Below, piece by piece: positions 50,201 through 64,000 of a stretch of 64,000 nucleotides of DNA (positions are counted from its first letter, which is position 1; every line of letters begins with the position of its first letter). The DNA lies in assembly GCA_000934665.2 (NCBI GenBank), contig KZ538127.1, positions 1 to 64,000 on the forward strand, read 5' to 3'. The notes under the pieces are model-generated. The model ran no database searches. It was not told the DNA's origin and saw only the letters and a list, made by a program, of their open reading frames with translations. Position numbers and translations under genes: made by a program. The stretch comes from Catajapyx aquilonaris (Eukaryota).

Positions 50201-53200
50201 GACTGATAAAAAGGGTCCAGATAACTTTACACAGTGAGTAAGACACTCAGTTTCAAGGAAGAAGTGCATAAAATAGAATATTATCATACAAATTTTAAGC
50301 TGTGGCAGCATTTAAAGTTCAGTCTTGCGCCAAATGGTAACAACAACACAGGTGGGAACACGCACTTTGTACAACTATGACCTACTGTATGATCGATGGC
50401 ATTGCAGTAACAACTCTCCGTGCTATTTCAGCCTACCGTTACTTCCTACTCATCTCTACGTGGTACAACTAACTTTTGTTGCAGCACTAAATCTCCTCTA
50501 TGCTTTCATAACATTTCTCGCAGCAGAAGAATCTCAAAGCATAACCATAAACCAAGAATATGTACAGGCAAAACTCAAACAGTAACTGAATATAACATTA
50601 AATTTACAAGTCATTACTATTAATTGACGATCATGTACCAATGTATACATAATATATTCCCCCCTAAACACACTGGAAGCAAATGTAAAACCGATGCTTT
50701 TCAAATAACTTAAACAAAACATATGTGCAACTAAAAATATGGCATAAACTGCATGATCTATGATTTTTGACCCATGTAAGAAGGGAAGCATGAAAAGAAC
50801 AGACTATGGCGGTAAGAGTCACCGACTGTTCCCAGTGGGCAACAGACGGCAAGCGAAGTAAAATCAGGACAAACGTGGAGAATGGGAAGAAATAAAAAGA
50901 AAGTTTCTCAGGTGGAAAGTGAGGAGGCAGAACGCCTGTGCAGGGCAGATTTTCGACTGGAGTGGCTTGGTGAAGCAGATTTTGTGCTACGAGAGTCCTG
51001 ACTATAAGCAGACATAGACCTCTTACCTGCTGACGGGGAATAAGTGGAACTTGTATCATCGTCCAAGTCATCTTGACTCGCACTAAGAAGGGAAGCTATA
51101 CCTACAATAAATTAAGGCACTTGAGTATCATCACAACTGGGGGATCAAACGTGCTGTTTTCCTACTGTATGTCTTTTTTTTTTCTTTTTTAGTTCTTTCA
51201 AGATGCGTACGATTAATTCGTCCCCAACTCTTTGCTCCCCCTCCCAAAAATATTCAAGAGTTCACAAGGTCCAGAAGCCGACGGAGCTACTGGATGCAGA
51301 GAGCGATGGGGACGGATCAAAGCGTGGGTCTCCATACCACCCCGTCTCACCTAAGCTGTGCCTCCCATTCGGCATTCCCCTCAGGAGGGTTTCTAAGTAT
51401 GGAAGACCAGGGTTGCTAGTCACTGGGAAGCCACACAAAAGCTCCACTTGCTTCCATCTGTGTGCACGTTCCTGCAAGTCCTGGGTCACTTCTGTCAGGG
51501 AAGCTCTGTGGAGACAAAATCAACAATTAGTCCATTGCAGTCATTTCTCTTCACAAGGCTTGAACGATTCCTCACCTGGCTTCCAATATGCTCTTATCGA
51601 CATCATCAATAGATTTTCCGTGTGTGGACACAAAAGCTCCAACCAGGCTTGACCTCTTCTTTCTCAACTTTTCACACTGTTGAAGACAAAATAAGAAACA
51701 ACAAAAAATTGAGAAAGAATATGCCAATCAATGCACTACAAATTGTCACAAAAAACAGGTGTGATTCAAAAAACAGGCTAGGAAAAAAAATGGCAAATGA
51801 AAAACTCCCTCTGCTTCTGCATGCATTCCTGCCAGCACTCACGTACTATACAACAAAAAAAGAGATTTTAAGATAGGTGCTAGAAAAGAGCCGAACTTGT
51901 GGTCATGAGCACATTTCGCGTTCCTGCACTAAGCTTTGTTTGTGTGCCTATTTATTCTGTAAAAAGGCACCCTTCAAAAGCAATGCATCCTGAAAGGTTG
52001 GGGGCATACATTTGCAAAACACTTACCAAAATTATACAGGAAGATACATGGAAGAAAAAGGAAAAACATAATTACTATAAAGGCTAAATGCCAAAGGATA
52101 TATGAACCATATTACTAAGCACACAATCCAACGAGAAAGTAAAAAAGAAAGGTCAGTGATTATTATCTTTGTTACTGCGGCAAATATTATCAGCAAATAG
52201 CACCTGAAATTTTTAATAACTACCTACACTTTCAATAATACTTAGTTCAAATGTTAAACGCATGTTAGTGTTAACATTTGGCTAACATTTTTAAAAATTT
52301 GGGTGTGAGAAAAAAAGCACGCAAACCCATGCTAGGAAAAATAGCACTAAACTAACTTCACTACAGGATGTCAACAATGCCAACTAAGTCAGAGGGAGAA
52401 AAAGCCAATTCAAAGAGTAATTATCCATGAGAAATCAAAGGGCGTGCAACTATGCAAGCAATGCTCCTTACCGCTTCTCTAGCTTGCTGCAACTGCTTCT
52501 CAGCAACTGATCTCTTGCGATTGTAAGCTTTAAGTTCAAGTTCATGTGTCAGCTGCAGCCAATGCTGCAGTGCAGGTGGGGGTACCCAGCACTTGTCCTC
52601 AAGTTCAACCTCAGCTCTATGAAGTTCACTGCGTAGGATCTGGATGGACGAAAAGTGAAAATTAAACTAACAATATTGCACATACATTAATTAATGCATG
52701 CTTCAAACGTTTTCAGAAGTCCAGTTTGTGCCATAGATATTTTGCATATGTTATGCTAGTCAAAATCTATGTACATCGGAACTACATAAGTCAGTTTGGA
52801 AGTTCAACAAATGGAACTGTAACACTTTCAAATACTTGCCTCTATCTCTCCTCTAAGTTTGGAGATTTCTCCCGCATCATGAGGATCATGAGACATGCCG
52901 TCCTGTTCGTGTAAAAGTTTCTCAAGATTTTGCTTCTCAGAAGTTACATTCTCTTGTTCCATTTTGGCTTTCTCCAGTTCTTTCTGTGACAAGACATAAA
53001 AATTCTGTATGTTAAAAATACATAACTTCAGCGGTAAACTAGTCTTAAACAAAACTATCTCTGAGATAAGGCCCACGTTAATCTTAAATCATACATCATT
53101 TCAAGAAGCATGAACAAATATTTACAGTTTTCAATAAAACTTGATATTTGAGTTCAGTACACTGTACATTGCTGATTAAATCTGTGAGTGAAATTTATAA

Positions 53201-56200
53201 CAATTCAGAAACAACTGTTTTGACTACGGTACCTGAGTGTCCATCAGAGCCTGCTCTGCTTTTGATAAGCTTTCCATGTCCTTCATCATCTTCTGTAAGT
53301 GCTCCTTGGAACGTTTGTTCTGCTGTGTTGCATACCAACAACCAGCCAGAGCCAGAAGAAGCAATGTGACTAAAATTACGTCCTTCACATGGTTATTGTA
53401 TTCTGAAAAAAATAAAAATTGTTTGACACCATGACACTTCAATCGCACAGCCAGTTCTGCTGGGGCAAAACTACTCACTGCTGAAGCTACTACACACTTT
53501 TTTTGTTTATTACACAACATTTAAAACTGCTAAGATGTATTGCACTATGCTTTATGTCCAATTGCACCAACAATAACAGCAGACACAATCATAACACCTC
53601 AAATAATTGGCCCATAATGTCACAGGGCTGTTAACTCTTTTGGTGAACCAGGTTGTAGTTACGCAAGTATTTGTGCTCTCACACTCACACCAACCTTTTG
53701 GAGGGCCGAACAATACAACATCCATTGCTTTCAAAGCCAGCTTCTGCTTATGAATGGGATCTTTGATGCCCAAAATATTGGTAAGGTACTGCATGTTACT
53801 GACAGCAAGCCTGAAAGACAAGTTCACTTGAGTGGCACATGTATATTCACGATTTCAAAGATGACTGTTAATGAATCACCATGACAAATGCCAATGGTCA
53901 ACTGTCACGTAGGAAAGAATGAATGAGAATGTGTGAAATTACAGGATGGTACACATGGAGGTGAGTTCGTTGAGTACATGAAGCACGGATTGGTGACCAA
54001 TTTACATACTGAACATTCCCGTTCACTCACTCCAGACAAGTACAGCATAAACTACTAAGCACTAAAACTACTAGCACATTGTTTCCATGCATGAACTCAC
54101 CTGGGGAGAGATGCTCCATTAACTTTGTTATGAATAAAATTTGGAATGTATTGGGGTAACTCAACAGTCGTTTTTAACCACTCCACCGTCTGATCTACAG
54201 TCCAGTTGTGTATCTGCAAAAATATATGGAAGTGAACATTTAACACTGTGCAACATGTCGGCATCAACAATGGGCTCACCTCGGACTTCAGCCAAGCATC
54301 CCACAGCTCCCTGACAGAGATGTGGTGGTCATCATTTCGATGAAATACTCTCTGCCGCTTCTCGTAACCTGCTTCATATTTCAGTTCTTCTCGCAGAAAC
54401 TGCAAGAGCAGAATAGAGCATCTTACTGCAACTTCCCAAAACAAGGCACATTCCATGATAAGTAGCCATGCAGCTGTGCAACAAACACAGACAGCATTAT
54501 CAGAAAGTGTTTCCACCAAGGGTTTCCACCCATGAAATCATACTCAGATATGAAGAATGGTTAAATCATCAATGGGCAATGATATATGGTCACACTTTTG
54601 CTGTTTACCCCCCTGTTACACAGCTCTTACAAGATAAGCTGCAATTATTCATCGCACCTATTGAAAAAGCTACTGGCCAAAAACTTATCATGACACAACA
54701 GTATGCATCATGAACCCCACGAGCAGCATTTACTGGCCATACCCATGAAAATTATACGTAACATTTTCGAAAGACAGATTCTTCCAGGAAGTTCAAATTA
54801 TGGTCAACACTGCAATATAATCACTTAACATATACTTTGGCAGTCTATAGCTTGTAATTACCATTTTATTGCAGGCTAACAATAGCCAATTGCTCCCCCA
54901 AAAAAATTCACTCTAGATAATGTCACATTTCTTAACTTGGTTTCAGATGTACAGAAAAACGACTTTTTTTGAGGCGAGCAACGGGATTTACTCATGTAAA
55001 ATCAGTTACAATGAGTTTTCGCTGCATTCCCATTGATTTTCTCGAGGTGCTTAATAAAATCGGGCATTTCCACTAAAGGCGATTAGACCTACGTATCCAA
55101 TGACTATTATTAGCTCAGCCGGATTAAAAATTCAGCACGCATCCATCCCCATAAAATATTTAAACCTGAAGCACGTAAAAAAAAAAAAGTCCTACTTCAC
55201 TACCATAAACTACTGCTTCTGGCATCATAGCTCTAAATCCTAACACTAACTCGCCTATTCCTTCCCTGCACACGAACCTGAAAAAGTTTCCTTCTGAACC
55301 ATTTCTTACGCTTTTCGCAAACTCACATGTTGGTCCAATGGTAAGGTAGGGCCGAAACGTATTAAAATTGGCGATTTGAACATTTGCGAATTTCATGTGA
55401 CGATTATTATGTCTCTACCGCGAATGACACTAATTAGTGAACTACAGCATTATAACGTGTCAGTCATACGCCCCATCAATAACACTTCAGCTATTGCAGA
55501 TGATGCCTCATCCAGCAACGCAACCATCTGCATCAGAGTAGCCCTATATTAAGGTCCCCCACAGGTAATCAATCATTTATGACTCAGGTAATCAATCGTC
55601 ATTTCTCACACAGCTTTACACACAGTCACGTAAGCTCGCCCACACTTTCCAAGCACGTCGTACACAAAAATTTCGAACATACCAGTGTCATACTATTGTA
55701 ACGAGTGGCCAGAAATGCGATCTATCACATGGTGACTATACAAAGATGATCTTCGACATGCTGCCTTGTCATCCACACTGCCACGTATAAAATTGGTTTA
55801 TTTCGCAGGAAAAAAAATATCAGCCACTTGGTCAGATCCGCCCTGTCCTCCAACAATAGTTGCTGACGCCAACAGCTTGCTAAGCACTGTCGTGTGTGGC
55901 CAGTCCTCGTTCGTGACACAGCTAACACTAACAGGATATTACTCGTATCAACGGTTGCAGGGCTGGCGTCTCACTCTATACACATACACCATATATCATT
56001 CAGGCAAAAATAATTCGCTCTTTCCCCCTCACGTGGGATGCAGGTTTTCTGAATGCAATAGGCTGGACGTGACGCATACTGTAATGTGCAATATCAGCGG
56101 AAGAGTTGGCCTCACCTTCACAATAGGAGATGGTTTCATTCATAAAAAGTTGGCACAGTCACATTACTAGTTTTGCTCAAGTACGAAACCCTATCACACC

Positions 56201-59200
56201 GAAATTGCTAGCATCACTTGATGCTGAATTCATAACTCATGGGCAACAGTTTGCGATTGTCTTTCGGTTTAGTTATTAATCGACTGAAAATAATTCGCAG
56301 TAACAATCAGCATCGAAACTTGGACACATTATAGCAATAATGAAAATTAACTTATTAACGGCTACTGAAGCTTGCATATGAGTCAAATTTCCAAAATCAT
56401 CTTGTATACTTCCATAATTTCTCCCCCAAGTTCTGCACCATATCTCCGCTTGAGTCAAGACTCGTAAAAGACGCGGAATGCCAATTTTCCCGCGGTCGTT
56501 TTGACATAACTGCCCTCCCTACCCATGTTGCTATTCTTGCCTTTATCAACCCGAGAAGGTATTGTGACGAAACCATGAAAGGGCATTCAGATAGCCACAG
56601 AACCTTGCCTTGAAGAATTAGCCAAATCCCTGTCCCCTTTTTTTCGCTCTCTCTGCAGCAGCCCAGGAAAACAGGTGGCCTCTCTCCCAAATAACGATTT
56701 GGAAGGAACAACTTACGAAACAAGGTCCTATCTTCCTCGCAGCATCAGGACCGTCAAAGTCTGCGCCAGAAGAGGATTTGATGGGAGTGGATCAATGTCG
56801 CATCCAAAACTTGGGGACCACCACTTATGAATTTATGTGCCTCATTTTCGCAAGGCATGAAGGCTACACGTGATAAAGGTAAGGCCCACTACTTGAAATC
56901 TCCATCACACATATAAAAAAAAAAATAGTTACGTGATACCTCGCAATAATCGCGTGATGTTGCGTCGCCATTGAGCTTAGCCGTCATGAAATTGCCGACA
57001 AAGCTTACATCCAGATTATTGTTTTGAAAACCAACCGTCACCACATCATTAATGTGGTGATCCACAATGTTGCTCATAACACTTCGCGATATTTACATTG
57101 GTTCAGTTGTTACAAGGTGGCCTGTCTTATTTCATTCGCGCGGTGTCGCAAAAAAAAAAAGTAAGCCTACACAATTCGGGGCTTAATGTGTGCAATTACG
57201 TAATGGCCATAGTAATCAAGAATCTGCCGGAACTTCACCATTTCGCTGCAGATCCAAGCTCGATAACGCGAAATCGAAATGTCAATCAAGCTTACCTTGT
57301 CCATGTTGGCAACGGAGGGCTAGCGTATACTGCACAACCCGAAAGAAAATAATAAGTAAAAGCGCAACCTCACTCTTTCTCTAGCCAGTTCTCAGCATCA
57401 AAAAATGACCAGCAAAAAATCTCGCACGAAATATACACCTTTTTACAAAAATATTACACCGCCGCAAGGCCACAGCGCACCGCACCATGGCTAGATACTT
57501 CCAGTGCAATTACCGTATCAGGTTAAAGTCCCCCCCCCCCCCCTACCGATATGCACACATGCACGAAATCATAGCAACTTTATGCCTGCTGTCAACGCAT
57601 GCCAATGCATATTAAAGAAACTGGAGAAAAAAAAATCTCCAGAGTTTCTTTTTACGATCCAAGTGAGAATACTATTACACCCGTTTCCTGACTTTTATGC
57701 TCCTCCTCTGGCGTAATGCGGAATCACAGAGAGTCAAATGTTTATCTGACCTCCTGCCCAAGTCAACAGGTTCCAAACCACAAGAGTTCAAATTTAGCCA
57801 CGGATTTATTATTGGGTATCATTTCTGGGTAGAGTTAATAAAACTGGGTTTTACTAAGAGAAACACACTGATGACGGTTTTTTTTAAAAAAATTGTTTAA
57901 TCCAGGTCGTTCAAAGGTCCAACAACAATCAACACGATTCCCCAAACGCAATGCTGCAGGGCGTGCGATATTAATTTGTGTAAATAGCGGACAGGCAATA
58001 TGGCATTTCGCAAACACTGCGCATATGTATTTTAGTATAGGTGCATCGGATAATTACACTGGGGGCATCATGCACATTATCACCAGTGCTTCGAACGCCA
58101 CATGACCTTATGGAGAGGCGGAGACGCAACTGATGTCCCGGATTATGAGTCACACAAAAAATTGGATAATTCCAAGGTTGTTATGTCAATTGAATGTATT
58201 GCTGTTGTCTTGTCATTACCCGAGTCGTTCACATCATGACACTGCGAGTCTGCATCTCGGTTACTAATGTCACGGTAGAAAAATATTTACTAAGAAATGC
58301 ACAAAGCTCAAAGTGTCAAATGTGTCATATTTTCATCAATGTGCAAAAATAAATGCCAACATCTGAAATGTCAATCAGGCCTATGCGGCATCTCTATACT
58401 GATAGTGCAAGTGTGGCACTTAAAAACGTTTCGCATAAGTACTTCCCGCAATAATTGAAGGTCGATTAGTCCACACCATGTACTTTTGAGGAAATCGACT
58501 TTATTTCCTTATATCGCCATGATAATTTCAAAAGAATTATCCTGCAAGTTTTACAAAACGTGTTCTATACATGACAATAATGTTGCATTACATGGCATGC
58601 ACGGAAAATTAAATTAACAATGTGCACTGGGGTGGACTTGTTAAAGTGCAATTTAACTTTCGAGGCACAATCCAATACGTCCATTTAAGTCATTAACATC
58701 AAGGGTGCTTTTTTATTTATATTTTTATTTTTTTTAAAGGCTCCCACTCATTAGAACTCCTGCATCCTTTGCCGGTTCACTTTGATTTGTTAATATCAGG
58801 AAAGATCAAAGCAAAAGCTCACAGAGAGCGCACAAAATCCGGAATTCAGCCTAGAACCAGTATCCTTTGCTGGATAACAGGTACTGCCATGCTTTCAGAT
58901 GCACAAATCGCAAATTGCGAAACATGCCCTTATGCAGAATTCACAGGCCAAGGAGCCTGAGGGTTCATTCACTCGGTGTACACAACCTCTCTGCAGATTA
59001 CTAATTCACCACATCCTTCCTGGTTGCACGTTACATCCACTGTGCAACATCCTCATCTCCGTACCTCCATAACCTGATGTTTATCCTACTTGTCCATATA
59101 GCCAGTTGCCAAAGCCACACATCATGGTTTCTTTTTTGGTACACTGGAAAGCCTAGCAACCCTTAGGAGGGGGGAAAAAATATCCGAAAGAAAATCGGTA

Positions 59201-59519
59201 ACACGACACAGGTGTTAACTATAGAATAGGTCACAATCGATTGGACATCGATGTGCAACAATACATATTTAATTTTGTTGGCCGAATTCTGCGTGACCAT
59301 CTCCCCTCGCGACAACATGCGTTTCCAACAGTTGAAAGACAAAACAATCCAATTAAAGATACTGCGGGATAAAAAGAAATCTTACCTCGTCCGATTCGGC
59401 CAGGTCGATGTTTCCGTTGGCATCGTCATCAAGCTGACGGTGAAGTTGCCAGATGGCATCCAGACCCGCCTTGTCCGGAGTTTCCAGGGAAAGACATGAG
59501 AACTCATCCCGACATGTCT
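44247..59519 (-). CDS. STIM: Stromal interaction molecule (ER Ca2+ sensor); 5' signal-peptide exon not identified in the window
   Basis: EF-hand LHRQLDDDANGNIDLAESDEFLREEL, SAM domain (IHNWTVDQTVEWL...KLALKAMDVVLFGPPK), TM (ILVTLLLLALAGCWYA), coiled coil, SOAR/CAD (LQHWLQLTHELE...CEKLRKKRSSLVGAFVSTHG...RWKQVELLCGF), polybasic tail. Exons: 59386-59519, 54280-54399, 54101-54213, 53695-53810, 53233-53402, 52840-52983, 52472-52639, 51576-51676, 51351-51505, 51027-51101, 48309-48455, 47378-47633, 46887-46989, 44247-44462. The C-terminal exons are less certain. Confidence 0.93.
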
Positions 59520-61216
59520 CTGTAAAGATATAAATAGTGGGGGGGGGGAAACATGAGCAATCTGGGTCATACTGTACAATGCGGATTTCCGAAGTGGTGC
59601 ACATGAAACTTATTTCTAGAAGCTGAAAATCCCTGCGATAATAATGCTTGACATCAGTTGCACATGACTGTCAGGCATAAATGCTGCTCACGTCAACCTG
59701 GAAATTGAAGTCGACATCTACACCATTTATGATGATACAGGCTGGTGCACTGAGTTCACAGTATAATTATCTTCTCAGCAACCAGGCCACAGGGTGTTTG
59801 GCCCAGTCTATTTTTTATACACACCATCCCAACAAGTAATGACCAGTTACATCACTAATGTGGCTCTTACTAAGCCCGATGCTACATCGGATCGTCACTC
59901 AACTACTGAAAATGACAAACGATGCTTGAGAAGAGCTCGAGTGATAAACGAGCTCTAACCGACTGATGCGCCGCTTCGTTCCCGATGTATCAAGCCGCCG
60001 ATTTATTCATCCTGTACATCACACATTTATACCACTCGATACATATCAAGTGGTGTTGCTGTACTTTAACTGCGGGGTCTACACATCAAGTGCCCAAACA
60101 TTCTACTTGGGCTCAAGTACGGTCTGGAGCATCCTATTGTTGCTCACGTGGCCAAGGCATGTGTGGGTAGCTCACGTGGCTCGACATTAATTGCGAGTCA
60201 TGTCGGTATATGTGTGCCAGATCCGCTTGTTTGGATTGGTAGACAGCTTTTTAATCGCGATTCGACATCTCGTGTGTCGGATTAGCTCTAAATGGGAACC
60301 GGCTACAGAGTTTTATTTGCACTTTGCAAGAAAGGAGGACAAGCAGTAATGCTGGTTATTATACTAGTAAGCCGGATTTAGCGAGGGGCAAATTTATTCA
60401 TAGCGGCATATTGCAGGCTAATCACAGTCTGACTGCACATAATGAGACATCCATTTTTAATGAGAGGACTATTATATCATTTGTCACCCGCAATTTGTGA
60501 CACATCGCCATGCTGTAATATTCGCACATATATGTGAAGCTATTTGCACCAACGCATTATGATGCAGGAACATTACGTGGATTACTGGTAATTGCAGCCA
60601 TTAACTCTCTGGGAAAGCATAAAAATAACTGATATTCATTTTGGTCAACCAGAAGCCTAGAACTCAGCATGAAAAATTCTTCCACCACATTGCACCACAC
60701 TACTCCATATTGAACAGGTTAAACCACGTTGAAGGGTTGAACACTTGGCTCGTGAATCTTCAACCGGATCTGGTTACAAGTTAGATAAACCGTGGACTTG
60801 GTATATATTGCTCGCATTTGTTTCGTTCATTTGCAAAAGCGCGTACAACGTACAGTACATCATCATCCTCTGGCAAAGTTCCGTCAACGGTATTTTTACC
60901 TATCTCTCTAAGCCAGTCGACTATACTGCCCGAGCGCTCCACATATCTCGCTTCCTCTCCCTTATGTAACACCATTCCGACTCTCTATGCCAAAGCCATT
61001 TGCCTTGATCGTGATGGTCTTTGCAGACCCCTAATGATTTATACATACACTGCGACTGGAGGAAAATCGGGGCAGATGATATGATTCAAAGGATAGCTCG
61101 TGTCGTATAAAGCCACAGACTGCGTAGCCACAAATCATACGAATTTGTCGGAGAATGTCCCAGAGACACTGAGGGTGACAACAAAGGTGACTTAGGAAAG
61201 GATGAGCTATGCGTGA

Positions 61217-61236
61217 GTGTGTGTGTGTGTGTGTGT
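61217..61236. repeat. (GT)n microsatellite
   Basis: Seen directly. Confidence 0.9.
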
Positions 61237-64000
61237 AGGGGGAGTATCAGGTCACCATACGCGCAAACATCCGCTTGCTCGAGTTTTACGTAACTTAAAC
61301 TATCAGAATTTCAAGAATCGAGTGTGTTTCTTACTCACAGCTGAGTTGCAATGCAGAAATAAAATTCCTAGGCGCCATGCCACTAAAACAAGATAGTTTG
61401 GACTGTTCTAGACGCCAAATTTTCACGGAAGTCTCGGAGTGTAGACAACCCAATGTTGTTTATGCGACGGGTGGAGCCAGAGCAGAATTCATCTAAAGCA
61501 AAAATTTTGACTTACATAGAGCGATTTCCAAGTATGAGTGATAACATCAATTCACCTGGAAGTCACTCGTACGTCATCAATTCCGTTCAAATACTGTTAG
61601 TAAGAATACTTCATAGCCACTCGTCATATCTTATACGAGGATACTATACAGGAACGGTACATATTTGTTATCAACTTTTGAAACAAAAGGTTGGGTTACA
61701 TCCCATGAATGACGATCACCATGTCTCGCATTGTACGGCGAACACTGCCGCCTACATATCTGCCGCATGATAATCTCAATGTCAAAACAATCTGCCACAG
61801 GTCATTTTTACTGGGGCATGCTGGATTTTTTTGTTTACATACACCGTGCATCATGTCTAGTACCTGCAGAATATAGTGGCATCCAGTCTGTGCTCTTCAC
61901 AACCGTATTATCTAAGCACAACAAGCTACATCTTTCGTAACCACCGACCGCACCCCAATTTGGTCCCAAGAAATTTCAGAATGAATTCGTACCGGGACGT
62001 TGTGTTTTTGTTACTTCTTGCAGTACAGTTAGCATTACTGATTTGTTCACAAGTTGTGAATTGGCCTATTTTGTGCTTCATTATTATTGAAGGTTATGCA
62101 TATTTAAAACAGCTTTATTATAATTGTATTTGGTTATGCTACTACCACGTAACACATGCCGCACGCTCAATATTGACCTACAACCAGCGCCATTACAAGA
62201 AGTACATGCCATATGCTATTCCAGCGGTCAAATCTGCTACCACTCTAGCCTTCAAAGATTATGACAAACCGGTAGAATTAATCAAACTCATTCTTCCGCA
62301 CTAGACATACATGCGCAGTTCGCTGTGTACGTATGTATGGCGATTGCAACAGTCGACTCTGCAGAGGAAGTTAATTGATGCCTCCTTGAGAGACATGAAT
62401 TATGGACATCCACCAGCCTTGCTTTATTGATAAAGCAATAATTGTCTTCTTCTTTTTTTAAAATACAAGCCCCGATTTCCCGCAAGCTCCTATCATAAAG
62501 TACCTCTTACAAAATGTTGCAACTCATGCGGTGTACATTCCCCCAGAGTTCAGATCGCATTCTCAGACAGAATGAGCGGCTTTTCCTTTAGCAGGTGATT
62601 CACGCACAGATGACCTTAAACAAGGTCACCTTCCCCTTACCCAATCCGAAACGGCCTTCATACTGCGAATCCAACCTGTTTTTCTTTTTAAACGTACAAG
62701 ATGGTCCAGCCCAACACAATCTATACGAGGGAGGGTAGGCCAGTGCAGAATACAAGCGCCAAAAATTCCTCTGTGATTACCCGCCTATGCCAAGGACCCT
62801 CAAGTTAACTCCTACCTGTCAAAAAATTCTCCAGAGAAACGGCCATACAAATTTTTCAAATTTCTGGCTCAGATTATTATTCACGTCCCTGTCCACACTC
62901 TTATCCCATGCAATCACGGCATGACTTGCCCAGACCGAAAACTTGGCTCCTAGTATATTATGCAGTTAAGAAAATAGACGCTCCATTCTTTTTTATTCCT
63001 GGCTATATTGGCAATGCTCTCTCTTTTTCGCGTACTTTCTTAACAGATCTCACCATGATTGCGGCGAGGGTGCCAAAAATCCACTATTTCCGCATGCTAC
63101 CATATCGATTGCTCTCCGACTACATCATGCGGAACCAGGGTCCGAGTCATAAGGAAATTACTATGAGAAATCCATGTAAGAGGACCCAGCACTTGACCAT
63201 TACGAGAGAGTCCATTTCCCACTCTGAACTATTCGTGCAAATACATACCAATCGAGTTTATTGCTTCATTCAATGAGAACCGGAATTAACAGGAGCCATA
63301 ATTACGAGTTGAAATACCCTGTACTTTTTGCTGCTACTGGGTATGAGAAGTCATCATGCCAATTTTTGTTGCAAAACCCACGATCTGCCAGCATAATTTT
63401 GGAAGTCGGATTTCAGCACCACAACCCTACGACATAAGTTATGACAGCCTAAGTGATACTAAAAACGCTGTACATTCCCGACATATCTGTATCGTTGGCA
63501 GTCAGCGTGTCCTCTTTTCCCTCGTTGCCAACCCCTGCCCTTTGACATCGCCCGAATGATGAATATGCAATAAGTGTGACTTTTTCGGCTGCAGTCGGCC
63601 GTCTCTGTATAAGCGAATGGTGCCAAGGTGGTCCCTGGCAATGCTCCAGTCTCTGGTGGAAAAGAAAGGGTTCGGTATGGTCTGGGAAACCACACTCCCC
63701 TAAGAAGTTCCTTGCATTTTTTTTTTTTTTTCGTCAACATTTAAAAATCACTCATTCTCATACATACTGTAGACATCAAATTTAATGTGATGTCTACAAT
63801 ATGTCCTTGCTGTAGTGTGTTCGTATATACCTCGTGATGCAGTCCCATTTACCTGCATGCGCATAACTGTGCCAATCCGAAGGCGGAGTATCGGTACGGT
63901 CATTCACAATATTGTTTTTGGCACACCTCATTAGAGAACGCTTACAATGCAGGTTGGTATATTTACAACGATTTCAAGTGTTGTGTACAAATTACCCTGG

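Noticed and set aside
52021..52075. Second possible cassette exon in the STIM SOAR intron (GTAAGT at 52026)
   Set aside because: The nearest upstream AG gives an exon that starts with TAA and is pyrimidine-tract-like. Not supportable without reads.
60781..60975. Protein-like 64-aa ORF upstream of the STIM EF-hand exon
   Set aside because: No recognisable family, signal peptide or compatible donor. It may be a decayed transposon fragment.
54600..64000. Many short ORFs in STIM introns; possible retroelement remnants
   Set aside because: No recognisable RT, transposase or other motifs by eye.

Overview
Eukaryotic, intron-containing genomic DNA, probably from an arthropod (inferred from protein and promoter features; the species cannot be determined here). 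The compact left 28 kb has mostly 55-75 bp introns. It carries the 5' part of HERC2 (minus strand, running off the window start), a stand-alone SPOP-like MATH-domain gene, two tandem intronless MTCH (mitochondrial carrier homolog) copies, TXNDC9/PhLP3 head-to-head with DDX31, NUF2, and a GH27 alpha-N-acetylgalactosaminidase (NAGA-like). An AT-rich ~16 kb non-coding stretch follows, with a Helitron-like element, fold-back elements and satellites. The right end holds a large-intron STIM gene (minus; first coding exon not identified). Most notable: (1) two duplicated 95-nt exons in the GH27 gene, probably mutually exclusive, that encode the loop separating alpha-NAGAL from alpha-GAL specificity; (2) a candidate 3-nt microexon inside the STIM SOAR/CAD domain; (3) a 28-bp minisatellite made of p53-type response elements; (4) MTCH retrocopies whose promoter looks copied from the neighbouring DDX31 promoter. 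All exon boundaries were read by eye from splice signals, frame continuity and remembered homolog sequences. No searches were run.
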